A DNA stretch of 64,000 bases from a phage: the sequence record NC_102531.1. One strand, written 5' to 3'. The position numbers and the translations under genes were made by a program. The notes below the pieces were generated by a model that ran no database searches, had not been told where the DNA came from, and saw nothing but the letters and a program-made list of their open reading frames with translations. Below, one piece after another: positions 20,630-29,908 of this stretch. Position 1 is the first letter of the stretch; every line of letters begins with the position of its first letter.

Positions 20630-21478
20630 TTATGCCAGTGCAGCCTCAAAATCTTTCATCATATTTTGGAAAGTTTTTGCCTTACTTAAGGTAACACCGT
20701 ACTCTTTGGCGAAGGTTTGGAGTGCATCTTTTGAACCACTTTTGTCATCTTCGTTGTTAAGAGCTGCGGCCTGCTGTAGTATGGCATCAACATCACTGCG
20801 AGAAGATCTTGATTCTTGTGCCTGTTCAGGATCCTGCTCAGTGCCTTCCTCCGGTGCAGTCGGGCCTTGGGATTCTTCACCACCACCACCAGGTTCAGTA
20901 GGACCTACAGGCGGCTCCGGCTCTGGTTCAGGCGGTGGAGCTATCGTAGAGACCAGTCCAAGATTTACAACCTGAGAACGTTTCTTAGGCCACTCAATGG
21001 TGAAAGTTTGGGTATCTTCTTCATAAACAATGCTGCATTGCTCATCGTTTATGGTCACTTTTTTAGGCATCCCTACAGGGTCCCATAGATGGCCCTCTGC
21101 CACGGAAACTTGGAAAGCCGCATCTACCTCTTTAAACACTGACGGGGTGAGTGTGATATTGACATCCCCGCTTTGCAGTGTTAAAGTGCTTTCATCAAGG
21201 TTCTCTGTGAAGAACAGAAGAATAACACCCATACGGATAGTTGAAATACCAGTATCAATTGGCAGTCCTGTATGTTTTGCAATCTTCTCGAAGAAGTCTA
21301 CAATCGTTCTGCACGGATAGTGAACACTGCCGATAACGAATTCTGTTGGTGGCAGAAGGGCTGATAAGCCAACATTGATTTCTGGGTTATATTGTGCTAA
21401 AAATTGATAAAAACTTAACTGATTGTTGAAAACTCTTAATAGAGGATCATACTCAACTGGGTAGACGGTTCGCTTCAC
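20630..21478 (-). CDS. hypothetical structural protein with Pro/Glu/Gly-rich linker
   Basis: 282 aa; PPPEPEPEPPVGPTEPGGGGEESQGPTAPEEGTEQDPEQ low-complexity region. Confidence 0.3.
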   Translation of the reverse strand: MKRTVYPVEYDPLLRVFNNQLSFYQFLAQYNPEINVGLSALLPPTEFVIGSVHYPCRTIVDFFEKIAKHTGLPIDTGISTIRMGVILLFFTENLDESTLTLQSGDVNITLTPSVFKEVDAAFQVSVAEGHLWDPVGMPKKVTINDEQCSIVYEEDTQTFTIEWPKKRSQVVNLGLVSTIAPPPEPEPEPPVGPTEPGGGGEESQGPTAPEEGTEQDPEQAQESRSSRSDVDAILQQAAALNNEDDKSGSKDALQTFAKEYGVTLSKAKTFQNMMKDFEAALA

Positions 21479-21499
21479 GGGACACTCCTGTTAAACCCT

Positions 21500-21535
21500 A
21501 ATAAATAAAAAGGGGAGGGGGAGAACCCCCTCCCC
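21500..21535 (-). terminator. rho-independent terminator (minus strand)
   Basis: Perfect hairpin GGGGAGGGGG-TTCT-CCCCCTCCCC followed by TTTTTATTTATT on minus strand, after major capsid gene. Confidence 0.6.
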
Positions 21536-21559
21536 ATATGGGATGAATCACCGTAGTGA

Positions 21560-22573
21560 TTATTCACTTTTCAGAGTTGCTTTAACAACCAGCTCTGGAC
21601 GGGTGTTAACTGCCAGCATAGAGGTTTCAGATTCGATTTTCTGTTCTCTCAGGTAGGCAGAGTGTTTATACCACATATACAGTTCTTGTGCTGGGGTATT
21701 TGCATCTTCCACAGTGTCAGCTGGAGCAAAGTGCAGCTGGAACATCTGATCGATACCCATAGGCATCAGGCGAGCCTCACCGTCCGGAATGTTACCAGAG
21801 ATGTCTTCGATGAAGGTCATGCCTTTGTGTTCGAACACACGGTAAATGCTCTGTTCGCCACCTGCACCCAGACGACGACGCAGCGGTTCCTGAGAAGAGC
21901 TGTAGTAGGTGTAAGCCAGCTCTACCAGCGGATGATGAACCAGTGCAGAGAAGAATTTCGGAGAGCACAGCGCGATGATGTTGTAAGCACCAGCGTTGTC
22001 GCCAGCCTGAAGAGCAATGTGCAGACGTGCATCTTCGATTACTTCCATCGGGTCCTGTGCTGCATTTTTAGGATCGATTTCGATAGATTTCTGGGAAACG
22101 CCCCACAGTTTGTAATAGTCATACTGACAGGTTGCATCACCAGGTGCATAGGATTTACCCAGAACTGCAGCAAAAAGAGCTTTTTCACGTAGGGTTTCGT
22201 GGCTCAGACGAATACGACGAACTACACGAGTAACCACGTCTTGCACAGTTTTCGGTGCATCCGGAGTGAAGTAGCGACGGAAGTTCTGAACGTCCGCAGC
22301 AGTGATTCCCTTATCCAGCGGGAAGAACGGGATGTTCAGGTTTTTGATCTGTGCACGTTCGCTATCAACGTAGTTACGTTCACCACCACGACGACGAGCG
22401 GCGATATCACCAACCACTTCATCAACACGTTCGATCTGTGCGATTGTTGAGGTGCCAAGATGGGTTTCAAACAGATCCATACCAGTGATCAGGCGATATT
22501 GGCGCGGAACCAGTTCAAGAGTAGCACCTAAATCAACAATACCAAAATCATCTTTACGCATTATTTTCTCCAA
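21560..22573 (-). CDS. major capsid protein (candidate, lambda gpE-like size)
   Basis: 337 aa, preceded by decoration-size and scaffold-like genes and followed by a strong terminator. Confidence 0.45.
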   Translation of the reverse strand: MEKIMRKDDFGIVDLGATLELVPRQYRLITGMDLFETHLGTSTIAQIERVDEVVGDIAARRRGGERNYVDSERAQIKNLNIPFFPLDKGITAADVQNFRRYFTPDAPKTVQDVVTRVVRRIRLSHETLREKALFAAVLGKSYAPGDATCQYDYYKLWGVSQKSIEIDPKNAAQDPMEVIEDARLHIALQAGDNAGAYNIIALCSPKFFSALVHHPLVELAYTYYSSSQEPLRRRLGAGGEQSIYRVFEHKGMTFIEDISGNIPDGEARLMPMGIDQMFQLHFAPADTVEDANTPAQELYMWYKHSAYLREQKIESETSMLAVNTRPELVVKATLKSE

Positions 22574-22608
22574 ATAACTTTAAAATTTTGTTTCCCAAAG
22601 ATCTAGGA

Positions 22609-22983
22609 TTATTCCTGAACTTTGTTGCCTTTGGCTTCGAGAGCTTCCAGAACTGCAGCAGGTGCAGCCGTGCCGCCAGCCACTTTAAGATGTTTTTTAG
22701 CGAAAGTAACGCCACGAACAGCAACAACCAGTTTATACTTCTCGCCAACTTTCAGAGGCTCTGCCAGATTAACTTTACCAGAATCGTCAGGCAGAAGAGC
22801 GCGGTCAACCAGTACACCAAAGGTATCTGAGCCATCTTGATTAGCCAGAGTGCCAGTTTTGGTAACTACTGCGCCAGCAACGTGATCAGCAGTAAGGGTA
22901 ATTTCAATCTCTTTAAAGTTGAAACCTGCATCGCTTGCATCTACTTTGCCGAGCACGATATCAGAATATTGAGTGGTGATCAT
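22609..22983 (-). CDS. head decoration protein (candidate)
   Basis: 124 aa Ala/Gly/Val-rich protein immediately upstream of capsid gene. Confidence 0.4.
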   Translation of the reverse strand: MITTQYSDIVLGKVDASDAGFNFKEIEITLTADHVAGAVVTKTGTLANQDGSDTFGVLVDRALLPDDSGKVNLAEPLKVGEKYKLVVAVRGVTFAKKHLKVAGGTAAPAAVLEALEAKGNKVQE

Positions 22984-23004
22984 TATTTTCCCCTATTACG
23001 CAAA

Positions 23005-23985
23005 TTATTTATTAGATTCTTTACGTGCACGAGCCAGAGCTTTAGCGACGTTTTCAGCAATAATATCTTCAGCAGATTTAGCAATGTCATCTACTACGAC
23101 ATCACCATCTTTGCCTTGCTCGGTAGTTGCGAACTCATCTTTAGCTTTTTCAACCTCAGCTTCCAGTTCAGCAATACGAGCTTGGGCTTTTTCCAGCAAT
23201 GCAACAACAGAAGCATTAGCTTTGTCCAGCATGAATTCGACCAGAGTTGTGTGATCTTCTTCAGTAGCGAAGCTTAACGCTTGAGCTTTTTCCAGCATTT
23301 TAGCTTTTTCAACTTCTACCTGAGCCTTGATGATTTCTTCAGCTTTTTCATTGGTAGCCTTCAGTTCTTCGAACTGTTTCAGCAGGTCCAGGTACTCTTG
23401 AGACTTGGTTACGTCTTCCACCGGATTCTCCTCGGTATTTGCGGATTTATCAACATTGTCCACAGCATCAGTAACAACCTCTTCTGTGGTTTCCTGTGCC
23501 GCTTTAATAAGTTTCCCTTCTTCATCGAAGAGATCAGCGGTCATCTGCTCAAAAACTTGTTGGGTTTTTAACAGGGTGTATTGGTCAACAATACTTAAAT
23601 CTTTACCTTCTTTAGCAGCTTTGTGAATGGTTACGTTGTCACAACGTTCTTCTAACCACCGCACACAAGCCTCTGCATCAGCCTGCGCCCACTCCCAATC
23701 TGGGTGTTCTTTTGCCCAAGCTTCTTCTTCAATCTCGAACCCGAGCAGGTGAGCCAGTGCCTTAGCATCGTCATACCACATATCGAAGAAACGACGAAGG
23801 TATTCTTCAAAGCTAAGTTCAACAGTAACTTGGCGAAGAGCCTTAACAATATCCTCTGTCAACTGCTCAGGCTGAAGATCGCTCTTCATTAAAAGAGATA
23901 CAGGTCGATTGTTAGCGCTATAGCCTTGCGCCTTATGGCACAGGGCAATCCCTTTCTCTTTAATAGTGATTGTTTTTTCAGACAT
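23005..23985 (-). CDS. scaffolding protein (candidate)
   Basis: 326 aa, highly acidic, Glu/Lys/Ala-rich heptad-like repeats; between portal and capsid. Confidence 0.4.
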   Translation of the reverse strand: MSEKTITIKEKGIALCHKAQGYSANNRPVSLLMKSDLQPEQLTEDIVKALRQVTVELSFEEYLRRFFDMWYDDAKALAHLLGFEIEEEAWAKEHPDWEWAQADAEACVRWLEERCDNVTIHKAAKEGKDLSIVDQYTLLKTQQVFEQMTADLFDEEGKLIKAAQETTEEVVTDAVDNVDKSANTEENPVEDVTKSQEYLDLLKQFEELKATNEKAEEIIKAQVEVEKAKMLEKAQALSFATEEDHTTLVEFMLDKANASVVALLEKAQARIAELEAEVEKAKDEFATTEQGKDGDVVVDDIAKSAEDIIAENVAKALARARKESNK

Positions 23986-24419
23986 TACTCATTGCCCTCT
24001 TCTACAACACTGATCCCGAAGTTTACGTTGGTGATCTCTCCAGTTTCTTCATCAACATTACCAGTTGCCTGAATGCTTAGGCCACCAACAATGCCAGCCT
24101 TCTTAGCTTCCCATAACTCAGGATTATTGTATTTAACTTTAGCAACCCAAGAGCCAGCCTTGATGACCTGCTCAGTGCCAATTACTACAACATCAAACTC
24201 TTCTTGAATCCACGTCTTTTCAATAGTGAAAGCATCTGTAGAGGTCAAGTGAAAAAGGTTTTCAGAAACTAGGCCTGCGGCGTATGCTGCGTCCCAGTTA
24301 TCTTTAGCCTTTTTGATGGTGTCTTTACTCATCCACTCACCGTGAGCATCTTTAGTGTCAGGTTCGTAGATGATTTCGTAGGAAATCATTTCTTCCTGTG
24401 GCATCTTATTCCCCATGTG
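23985..24419 (-). CDS. putative head morphogenesis protein / prohead protease candidate
   Basis: ORF track gives 23985..24560, but its N-terminus overlaps the portal gene; likely start at internal Met (MGNKMPQEE); position between portal and scaffold. Confidence 0.25.
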   Translation of the reverse strand, partial: HMGNKMPQEEMISYEIIYEPDTKDAHGEWMSKDTIKKAKDNWDAAYAAGLVSENLFHLTSTDAFTIEKTWIQEEFDVVVIGTEQVIKAGSWVAKVKYNNPELWEAKKAGIVGGLSIQATGNVDEETGEITNVNFGISVVEEGNE

Positions 24420-24471
24420 GATTATTTTATCACGCCAAAGGAGGTTTTGCAACCCCCTGTGTTGATAATTT

Positions 24472-26028
24472 TTAATTTTCCATGTTGGATATGGAATTAT
24501 CTCTGGTTGATGACATCTTAGAAGTGCCGTTGCCAGTGGATCCTGCAGCCATTCCATCACCAGCCCTACTAATGTCCTGGCCCAAGAGCTTCATCAGCTC
24601 TTCCTGATCCATGTCCTCGTCAAATCTTTCATCAAACCCGCCTACTTCAAGAATCTTATTAATTACCGCAGGAGTTTTTGGCAAGTAACCTACAGCACCG
24701 ATCCTCTGGACAAACTTGGAGAAGCTCTCCATATCCACTTCTTCAATCAGACCAGGTTTCAGTTTAGGCATATCATCATCTTCAAGGATGATACCATTCA
24801 ATGCCAGAAGCTGTGGAATAAGATCTTTATTGAAGGCCTCAGTGATAATATCTATATCACGCTGAACAAAATGACCATGGATAGACTGTTTTGACTCAGA
24901 CAGAGAGAAGGATCCAACGTTATCGTTACCGAGGTTAATAAAGCCAGCACCGAAACGGTCAAGAATCGCCTTCTTACGGGCATCAATCAAATCTTTAGTG
25001 GAATACTGCTTACCCATACCGTCAACCCCCTTCAGGGTCATGGAGTAAAGCTCTTTACCAGACTTATCTCTATCAGACGGAAGTATAAAGAAACTTTGCT
25101 CACCACTATGGGCGTTTGCTGCGTCAAGCATAAGGTCTGCAACCATCCTCCCTTCCATTGAATTCGGGTCAATGCTGGCCTTGTTCAAAATATTGGAAGG
25201 AATTTTCAGCTCAAGCACACCACCAAGGTCTTTGGAACAGCCAACAACCTCAAGGTTTTCAATCAGAACTTTCTCACGGAAAGATCTGTAGCAACCTATC
25301 ATCGGTGACACACCTGCGGGGTTAGATTCTGTTCCTGACAGGGTCATGAGCATAAGCTTTTTAGCAGGGATGAAAATTTCAGGCTCATTAAAGCCTTTTG
25401 AAGGCATTGCAGCAAGAGGTCCAGCCCAGCGTGCATTCTGAGTGTTTAGAAATGCATTAGGTGATTGATAAATACCTGTCAGTGTTCTACTATTCTTGTC
25501 AAAGACAAACGGCTCTGATCTGGACAAACTGGCCTGAGGTCGGAATGCAATTTTATCAATAAGAAGCATCCCGGCATATTTACCTTCTTTCTCTCTGCGG
25601 TATACTTTCTCAAACAGTGAAAAACCATACTCGTTAAAGGTAGCCGCGCTTCTTGCAATATCTCGAAGAGTTTGTTGGTTTGCCAAATTACGCAAAGAAT
25701 ACTCTATAAGCTCGGCAGCTTTCTTAGAGTCTTCACTTTTAACATTATAAAGGATCTTAAAATCATTGAATGCTTTCGTGATGAAAACATATTTTGTATC
25801 TAAGGCAGTAGCAACTGTGGAATCACATTTCATAGTCTCCACTGTAGCAATCAGTTGAGGCCAACGCAATTCCTCAACCATCATAGATTGCGATTCTGCC
25901 ATAATTTGGGAAAGTGCGCCAGAACCGATCTCACTCATACGAACATTATGAGTTGGTGCGCCTGCGTTCCCAGATTTATTCACAGTTTTGGCTGTGGCGT
26001 TGTGTTTCCTGCGGTTCTTTTTGGACAC
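24472..26028 (-). CDS. portal protein (candidate)
   Basis: 518 aa ORF directly downstream of terminase; size and position. Confidence 0.45.
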   Translation of the reverse strand: MSKKNRRKHNATAKTVNKSGNAGAPTHNVRMSEIGSGALSQIMAESQSMMVEELRWPQLIATVETMKCDSTVATALDTKYVFITKAFNDFKILYNVKSEDSKKAAELIEYSLRNLANQQTLRDIARSAATFNEYGFSLFEKVYRREKEGKYAGMLLIDKIAFRPQASLSRSEPFVFDKNSRTLTGIYQSPNAFLNTQNARWAGPLAAMPSKGFNEPEIFIPAKKLMLMTLSGTESNPAGVSPMIGCYRSFREKVLIENLEVVGCSKDLGGVLELKIPSNILNKASIDPNSMEGRMVADLMLDAANAHSGEQSFFILPSDRDKSGKELYSMTLKGVDGMGKQYSTKDLIDARKKAILDRFGAGFINLGNDNVGSFSLSESKQSIHGHFVQRDIDIITEAFNKDLIPQLLALNGIILEDDDMPKLKPGLIEEVDMESFSKFVQRIGAVGYLPKTPAVINKILEVGGFDERFDEDMDQEELMKLLGQDISRAGDGMAAGSTGNGTSKMSSTRDNSISNMEN

Positions 26029-26130
26029 AAGCTTTACCCCTCAAAACAGTATAACAAAATAGCCCTCGTGTTAGAGGGCTAGTATCTCCGATTACTCTAT
26101 TCTACCACATCTAATTAAGATTGGCAACAC

Positions 26131-27252
26131 TTAGATAAAACGCTTGAACATAGAAGGTGATGAGATTGATGGAATCACACAAGGAAGTGCTACCTCCTCT
26201 TTCTCCAGGAAATTAATCGCAGAAGCTACACAGTCAGCCCAGTCGTCTTTTCTGTTAAATGTTGATCTTTCCCCGTTGAATTTTTCAAGTTCGGTCAGAA
26301 ATGCTTCCAGAGTATCAGGATGGAAACTGGATTTTACAATCCTTACCATTCCTTGTTGGGCAAGATTGGCAAAAGGTGAGAACCTTGTCAGTTTAGACTT
26401 GTTGGAAGGCATTGGGTCTTCTTCAACCCTAAACCCTTCGGCAAGCAAGGATCTGGAGGAGGTTAAGAACTCACTCTTACCTGCCTGACCGGGGTCCACA
26501 GAGAATACGATTATACAATCATCACCATCAAACTGCGCCTGTTTCCTGATGATCACATCTCGTTCACCAGCCTTTTTACAGAACTTACCTTCCAGACCTG
26601 TGGAATACCTCCCGTCATCCACGTTCTCAGGACAATAATCCCCGGACAGGTAATAAAAGCCGTCGCTATCTTTACTTACCTTAACACTGGCGGTAAAGTC
26701 AGGAAATTTATTACCGGAAGTTCTCTCGGTTCCTGCTTTATCCCATGCCCTGCAAGACACTGATCCAAGGGGTACTCTATCGGCATCACGAAGGAAAGAT
26801 CTTTGAAAATAGTTTGCACCCTCAGGCTTTGCAAACCAGTTACCATGGAGAAGCTGAGCTTTTTCAAGCTCGGGCAGACCTTCAAGGAAAGCAAGGTATT
26901 CTGGGTTGTCTCTCAAGCAGACAGGATTATCGAATATTGTTGCGCCTATAAACGAGAATGACAACGGTCTCGGCTTGATCTCTACACCCAGTCCGTTAAC
27001 AGTGGTGTATTTCTCTATCAACTCTTCTTTAGAGTCTCCCCAGATAAATTCACCGTCGCGTCGGATAAAATATCTTTTCTTACCGCATTTCTCCGGATCT
27101 GGATACCCCTCATCGTCCAACCACCACCTAACCAGTTTGGCAAGCATGTGTTCTGAATCGGGGTTACAGCTGATAACCATTCTTGATGGATACTTTGACT
27201 GAGATCGCAGACGAGACATCAGGTAGTCTATCTGCTCCCATTCGAATTGTGT
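26131..27252 (-). CDS. terL: terminase large subunit, exon 2 (nuclease domain)
   Basis: Reading frame open upstream of the annotated Met back to the predicted 3' splice site; joins in frame to exon 1 (…MVCFDEG|TQFEWEQIDYLMSRL…). Confidence 0.6.
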   Translation of the reverse strand, partial: TQFEWEQIDYLMSRLRSQSKYPSRMVISCNPDSEHMLAKLVRWWLDDEGYPDPEKCGKKRYFIRRDGEFIWGDSKEELIEKYTTVNGLGVEIKPRPLSFSFIGATIFDNPVCLRDNPEYLAFLEGLPELEKAQLLHGNWFAKPEGANYFQRSFLRDADRVPLGSVSCRAWDKAGTERTSGNKFPDFTASVKVSKDSDGFYYLSGDYCPENVDDGRYSTGLEGKFCKKAGERDVIIRKQAQFDGDDCIIVFSVDPGQAGKSEFLTSSRSLLAEGFRVEEDPMPSNKSKLTRFSPFANLAQQGMVRIVKSSFHPDTLEAFLTELEKFNGERSTFNRKDDWADCVASAINFLEKEEVALPCVIPSISSPSMFKRFI

Positions 27253-28134
27253 CGTTTATGTTCGGGCAAGGTCGCTAGTCTTGCCCCGCCATTTTCAGGC
27301 AGCTGCATGTCTCCATGCAGACCAGACTATATCTTATGAATGTGTAAATACTCTGCCGCTCTAAGAATAGTTTCCTCATCTTCTTGGAAGAAACCTAAAG
27401 CTCTGTTGCATTTATCACAAAGCAACCCTCTTACAGCACCAGTTTTATGGTCATGATCAACACAAAAGAAATCTCTGTACCCTTGCATCCTATACTCATT
27501 AAGAGATATTCTACAAATGGCACACTTATGATCTTGATCTGAGAGTAGACGATAGTATTCATCTTTTGTTATGTGAAATTTCTTCTCAATCTGATAAAAC
27601 TTTTCACACATCTTACACCTGTTCGTAACCAGATATACTTTACCATAGTCACGTTTTGTGTAAAAACTATCAGCGAGCATACTTTCATGACAAGATTTGC
27701 ATTCAAAAAGTTCACCTTTCTTCAGCAAGTCTTGAATAAACAATGCTGCGTCATCTCTCTTAACCATATTTTTATTTTTACGAGATCCACCCTTCCTGTA
27801 GTACATATAGCATTCCTTGCATGTACCTGAGTATCCATCCTTGCTCTTAGATGATAAAAAGAAATCATCAATAGGCAGAACTCTTTGGCAATCCATACAT
27901 TTTTAGTATTACACATTCACCCTCCCGTTTCGAATCGCTTGATTCTACGTCTTTCGACTAGTCGTTGAACGTTCATCCTCTCGGATGCTTCGCTGCGGAT
28001 TATCTAAATTAACACACTGTTACCCTACCTTCGATCTCTCTTCGAAGCCTCTATTATGTTACCATAACAGGTTGGTGGTGTCAATAATAAAGATTTCCCC
28101 GCAATTAGGGAGGTTTTACGAGAGCTACAAATTA
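27253..28134 (-). mobile_element. group I self-splicing intron carrying an HNH homing endonuclease gene, inserted in the terminase large subunit gene
   Basis: Exon 1 ends GGU followed by in-frame UAA; minus strand contains UAAUUGCGGGGAAA (P4-like), GUUCAACGACUAGUC (R/P7 5' strand) and AAGAUAUAGUC (S/P7 3' strand) with GACUA/UAGUC complementarity; internal ORF 27327..27896. Confidence 0.7.
27327..27896 (-). CDS. intron-encoded HNH / Endonuclease VII-like homing endonuclease
   Basis: 189 aa; Cys-rich N-terminus with CxxC pairs; C-terminal CVDHDHKTGAVRGLLCDKCNRALG matches the T4 EndoVII-type His-Me finger; stop codon lies inside the intron S element. Confidence 0.7.
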   Translation of the reverse strand: MDCQRVLPIDDFFLSSKSKDGYSGTCKECYMYYRKGGSRKNKNMVKRDDAALFIQDLLKKGELFECKSCHESMLADSFYTKRDYGKVYLVTNRCKMCEKFYQIEKKFHITKDEYYRLLSDQDHKCAICRISLNEYRMQGYRDFFCVDHDHKTGAVRGLLCDKCNRALGFFQEDEETILRAAEYLHIHKI

Positions 28135-28560
28135 ACCCTCATCGAAGCAAACCATGGTGTACTCAAGACCCTGATGGTTAAGCTTATCTTGCACATACTC
28201 CATATGGCAGTATTTTACAACAGCTCCCTTTTTGCTTCTATCCCACTTACCAGTGTTCGGATCAAACCGTGGAAAAATGAACTTATGATCCTTCTCTCTG
28301 AACTTTGGCTTAATGTTTTCAGGCAGATCACTATAAATAGCTACTGCTTTAGGCCATAGTCCACCCTCACCTTCCAACTGTGGGGTTGTTCTTCGGAACA
28401 TAACCACAGAGCTGTGTGGGTCATCAATAATTTTAAGTGGCATCAACTGCAAGAGGAACGACTTGCCAGACCCTGCGGCACCGCCGATTACCAAGATATC
28501 TGCATCGTTTTCGAGGATCATCTTCTGCTTTTCAGAACACGGTCCGTAAATCTTAGACAT
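28135..28560 (-). CDS. terL: terminase large subunit, exon 1 (ATPase domain)
   Basis: Walker A VIGGAAGSGKS, Walker B MVCFDE; ORF ends with stop right after the predicted 5' splice site. Confidence 0.8.
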
Positions 28561-28847
28561 TAACCTCTCTCCTTTGGAAACAGTGTTCTAATATAGTCTT
28601 GCAAAATGATCAATTTAGCTCTATCATTGCTACAAGACAGATTATTATCCCTCATAATGCCAGAATTCACTGCATCTGGCGCACCTTTCTTCAAAGGCAT
28701 AGCTTTAGCAGGTGGTTTCATGGCACCTTCTGGGGGTTTAACAATCAACCTTCCTACATCCGGAGGGTCAATCTTGTATTCTCTCTCAACGCTGGTTGCA
28801 CACCCACATAATAACAAGCACGCAATAAACAGTGTGGCAACTCTCAT
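28560..28847 (-). CDS. outer-membrane spanin (Rz1-like lipoprotein) candidate
   Basis: 95 aa; N-terminal signal with Cys (LLLCGCATS), proline-rich mature part; overlaps end of upstream coiled-coil membrane protein. Confidence 0.45.
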   Translation of the reverse strand: MRVATLFIACLLLCGCATSVEREYKIDPPDVGRLIVKPPEGAMKPPAKAMPLKKGAPDAVNSGIMRDNNLSCSNDRAKLIILQDYIRTLFPKERG

Positions 28848-29242
28848 CGATCCTCCTGATTGATACTCTCATTATAAATATCTATAAGCTGATCAGGAAG
28901 TGTTGACTTCTTACCTTCAGGTGATTGGAGGTAGATAATCTGCTTTTCTCTACCTGCCCTCTCAGCTATATTTAATTTATCCTGTAGATCAGAAAGGGAT
29001 TTTTCAAGGTTTTTAACCTCCTCTGCGTGGCCCATTTTAATTTTGTCGGCCTGCTTTTGTTGATGATCAAGGATCCGTTCCCACTTCAACTCTGTTGCTA
29101 ACACACCTTCTTGGTAGGCTTCATTAAGCTTAGAGTTAAACCAATACACGGCCCCAAGATAAGCTGTACCTATAGCCGCTGCAAAAACTAAACCTTTTAT
29201 GATCCCTCTATACCTACTCAGCCATGTTAAACCTGAAATCAT
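28844..29242 (-). CDS. inner-membrane spanin (Rz-like) candidate
   Basis: 132 aa; N-terminal hydrophobic helix (LVFAAAIGTAYLGAVYWF) then charged coiled-coil-like region. Confidence 0.45.
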   Translation of the reverse strand: MISGLTWLSRYRGIIKGLVFAAAIGTAYLGAVYWFNSKLNEAYQEGVLATELKWERILDHQQKQADKIKMGHAEEVKNLEKSLSDLQDKLNIAERAGREKQIIYLQSPEGKKSTLPDQLIDIYNESINQEDR

Positions 29243-29254
29243 TTTAAGGCTCCA

Positions 29255-29295
29255 GAAACGAAAAAACCCCGCAGCTATACAGCTAACGGGGCGGG
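29255..29295 (-). terminator. putative terminator (minus strand)
   Basis: Hairpin CCCCG...CGGGG with internal AGCTGTATAGCT palindrome followed by TTTTTTCG on minus strand. Confidence 0.4.
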
Positions 29296-29347
29296 TTAAA
29301 ATTTAGTAACCTAAATAGATCGAAACTAACTAAAAGGAGACTAATAC

Positions 29348-29617
29348 TTATCGAGGCACTCGGTGGATGATTCTAACAGTAACTGCGTTTTCATTCATCA
29401 AGTATGCATCTACATCTCTGTAAATATAAAACTTCTGCTCACTATCAACAACACAAGCTACCGCCCCTTCAGAGTTGTCTTCAAAAAAGACCACCACTGC
29501 ATCGCAGCTGAGTTCATGATATGACTCTCGAAGATTTACAGACAGAGGATTGAAATCGTCACGAAAATCTACGGTATGGGTTGGATTTACACGCTCTACA
29601 ATTTTAAGTGTATACAT
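29348..29617 (-). CDS. hypothetical protein
   Basis: 89 aa ORF between tRNA array and spanins. Confidence 0.3.
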   Translation of the reverse strand: MYTLKIVERVNPTHTVDFRDDFNPLSVNLRESYHELSCDAVVVFFEDNSEGAVACVVDSEQKFYIYRDVDAYLMNENAVTVRIIHRVPR

Positions 29618-29663
29618 TTTAAAGGTTCCTTTTGTTTATATATGTTTAAAGTATAACTGAAAG

Positions 29664-29740
29664 TGGTCTCCACGGAGTGATTCGAACACTCGACCTCCTG
29701 ATCCCAAATCAGGCGCTCTACCAAGCTGAGCTACGCGGAG
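29664..29740 (-). tRNA. tRNA-Pro (anticodon UGG)
   Basis: Manual fold: 7 bp acceptor, D arm, anticodon stem CCUGA/UCAGG with loop UUUGGGA, T loop GTTCGAATC, encoded CCA. Confidence 0.75.
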
Positions 29741-29751
29741 TATTTACTATT

Positions 29752-29826
29752 TGGTGGCCCTGGGTGGAATTGAACCACCGTCTGGCGATTATGAGTCGCT
29801 TGCTTGAACCTTCCAGCTACAGGGCC
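29752..29826 (-). tRNA. tRNA-Met (anticodon CAU; initiator/elongator/Ile2 not distinguished)
   Basis: Manual fold: acceptor GGCCCUG/CAGGGCC, anticodon loop CUCAUAA, T loop GGTTCAATTCC, encoded CCA. Confidence 0.7.
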
Positions 29827-29827
29827 T

Positions 29828-29903
29828 TGGTGCTGATGGCAGGACTTGAACCTACAACCTATTGATTACAAATCAATTGCACTACCGATTGTGCTACATC
29901 AGC
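29828..29903 (-). tRNA. tRNA-Thr (anticodon UGU)
   Basis: Manual fold: acceptor GCUGAUG/CAUCAGC, D arm GCAC/GUGC, anticodon stem AUUGA/UCAAU with loop UUUGUAA, encoded CCA. Confidence 0.75.
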
Positions 29904-29908
29904 AAAAA

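Noticed and set aside
24420-24560. N-terminal 47 aa of ORF 23985..24560
   Set aside because: It overlaps the portal gene's 3' end by about 90 nt; an internal Met start is more consistent with the tight gene packing.
26061-26080. Hairpin AGCCCTC...GAGGGCT between the terminase and portal genes as a rho-independent terminator
   Set aside because: The downstream tract is only moderately T-rich, and termination between terminase and portal genes would be unusual; more likely an RNA stability element or attenuator. Not listed as a feature.
29677-29865. Plus-strand 62 aa ORF in the six-frame track
   Set aside because: It lies entirely antisense to three minus-strand tRNA genes and starts at GTG; an artefact of the structured, stop-poor tRNA sequence.
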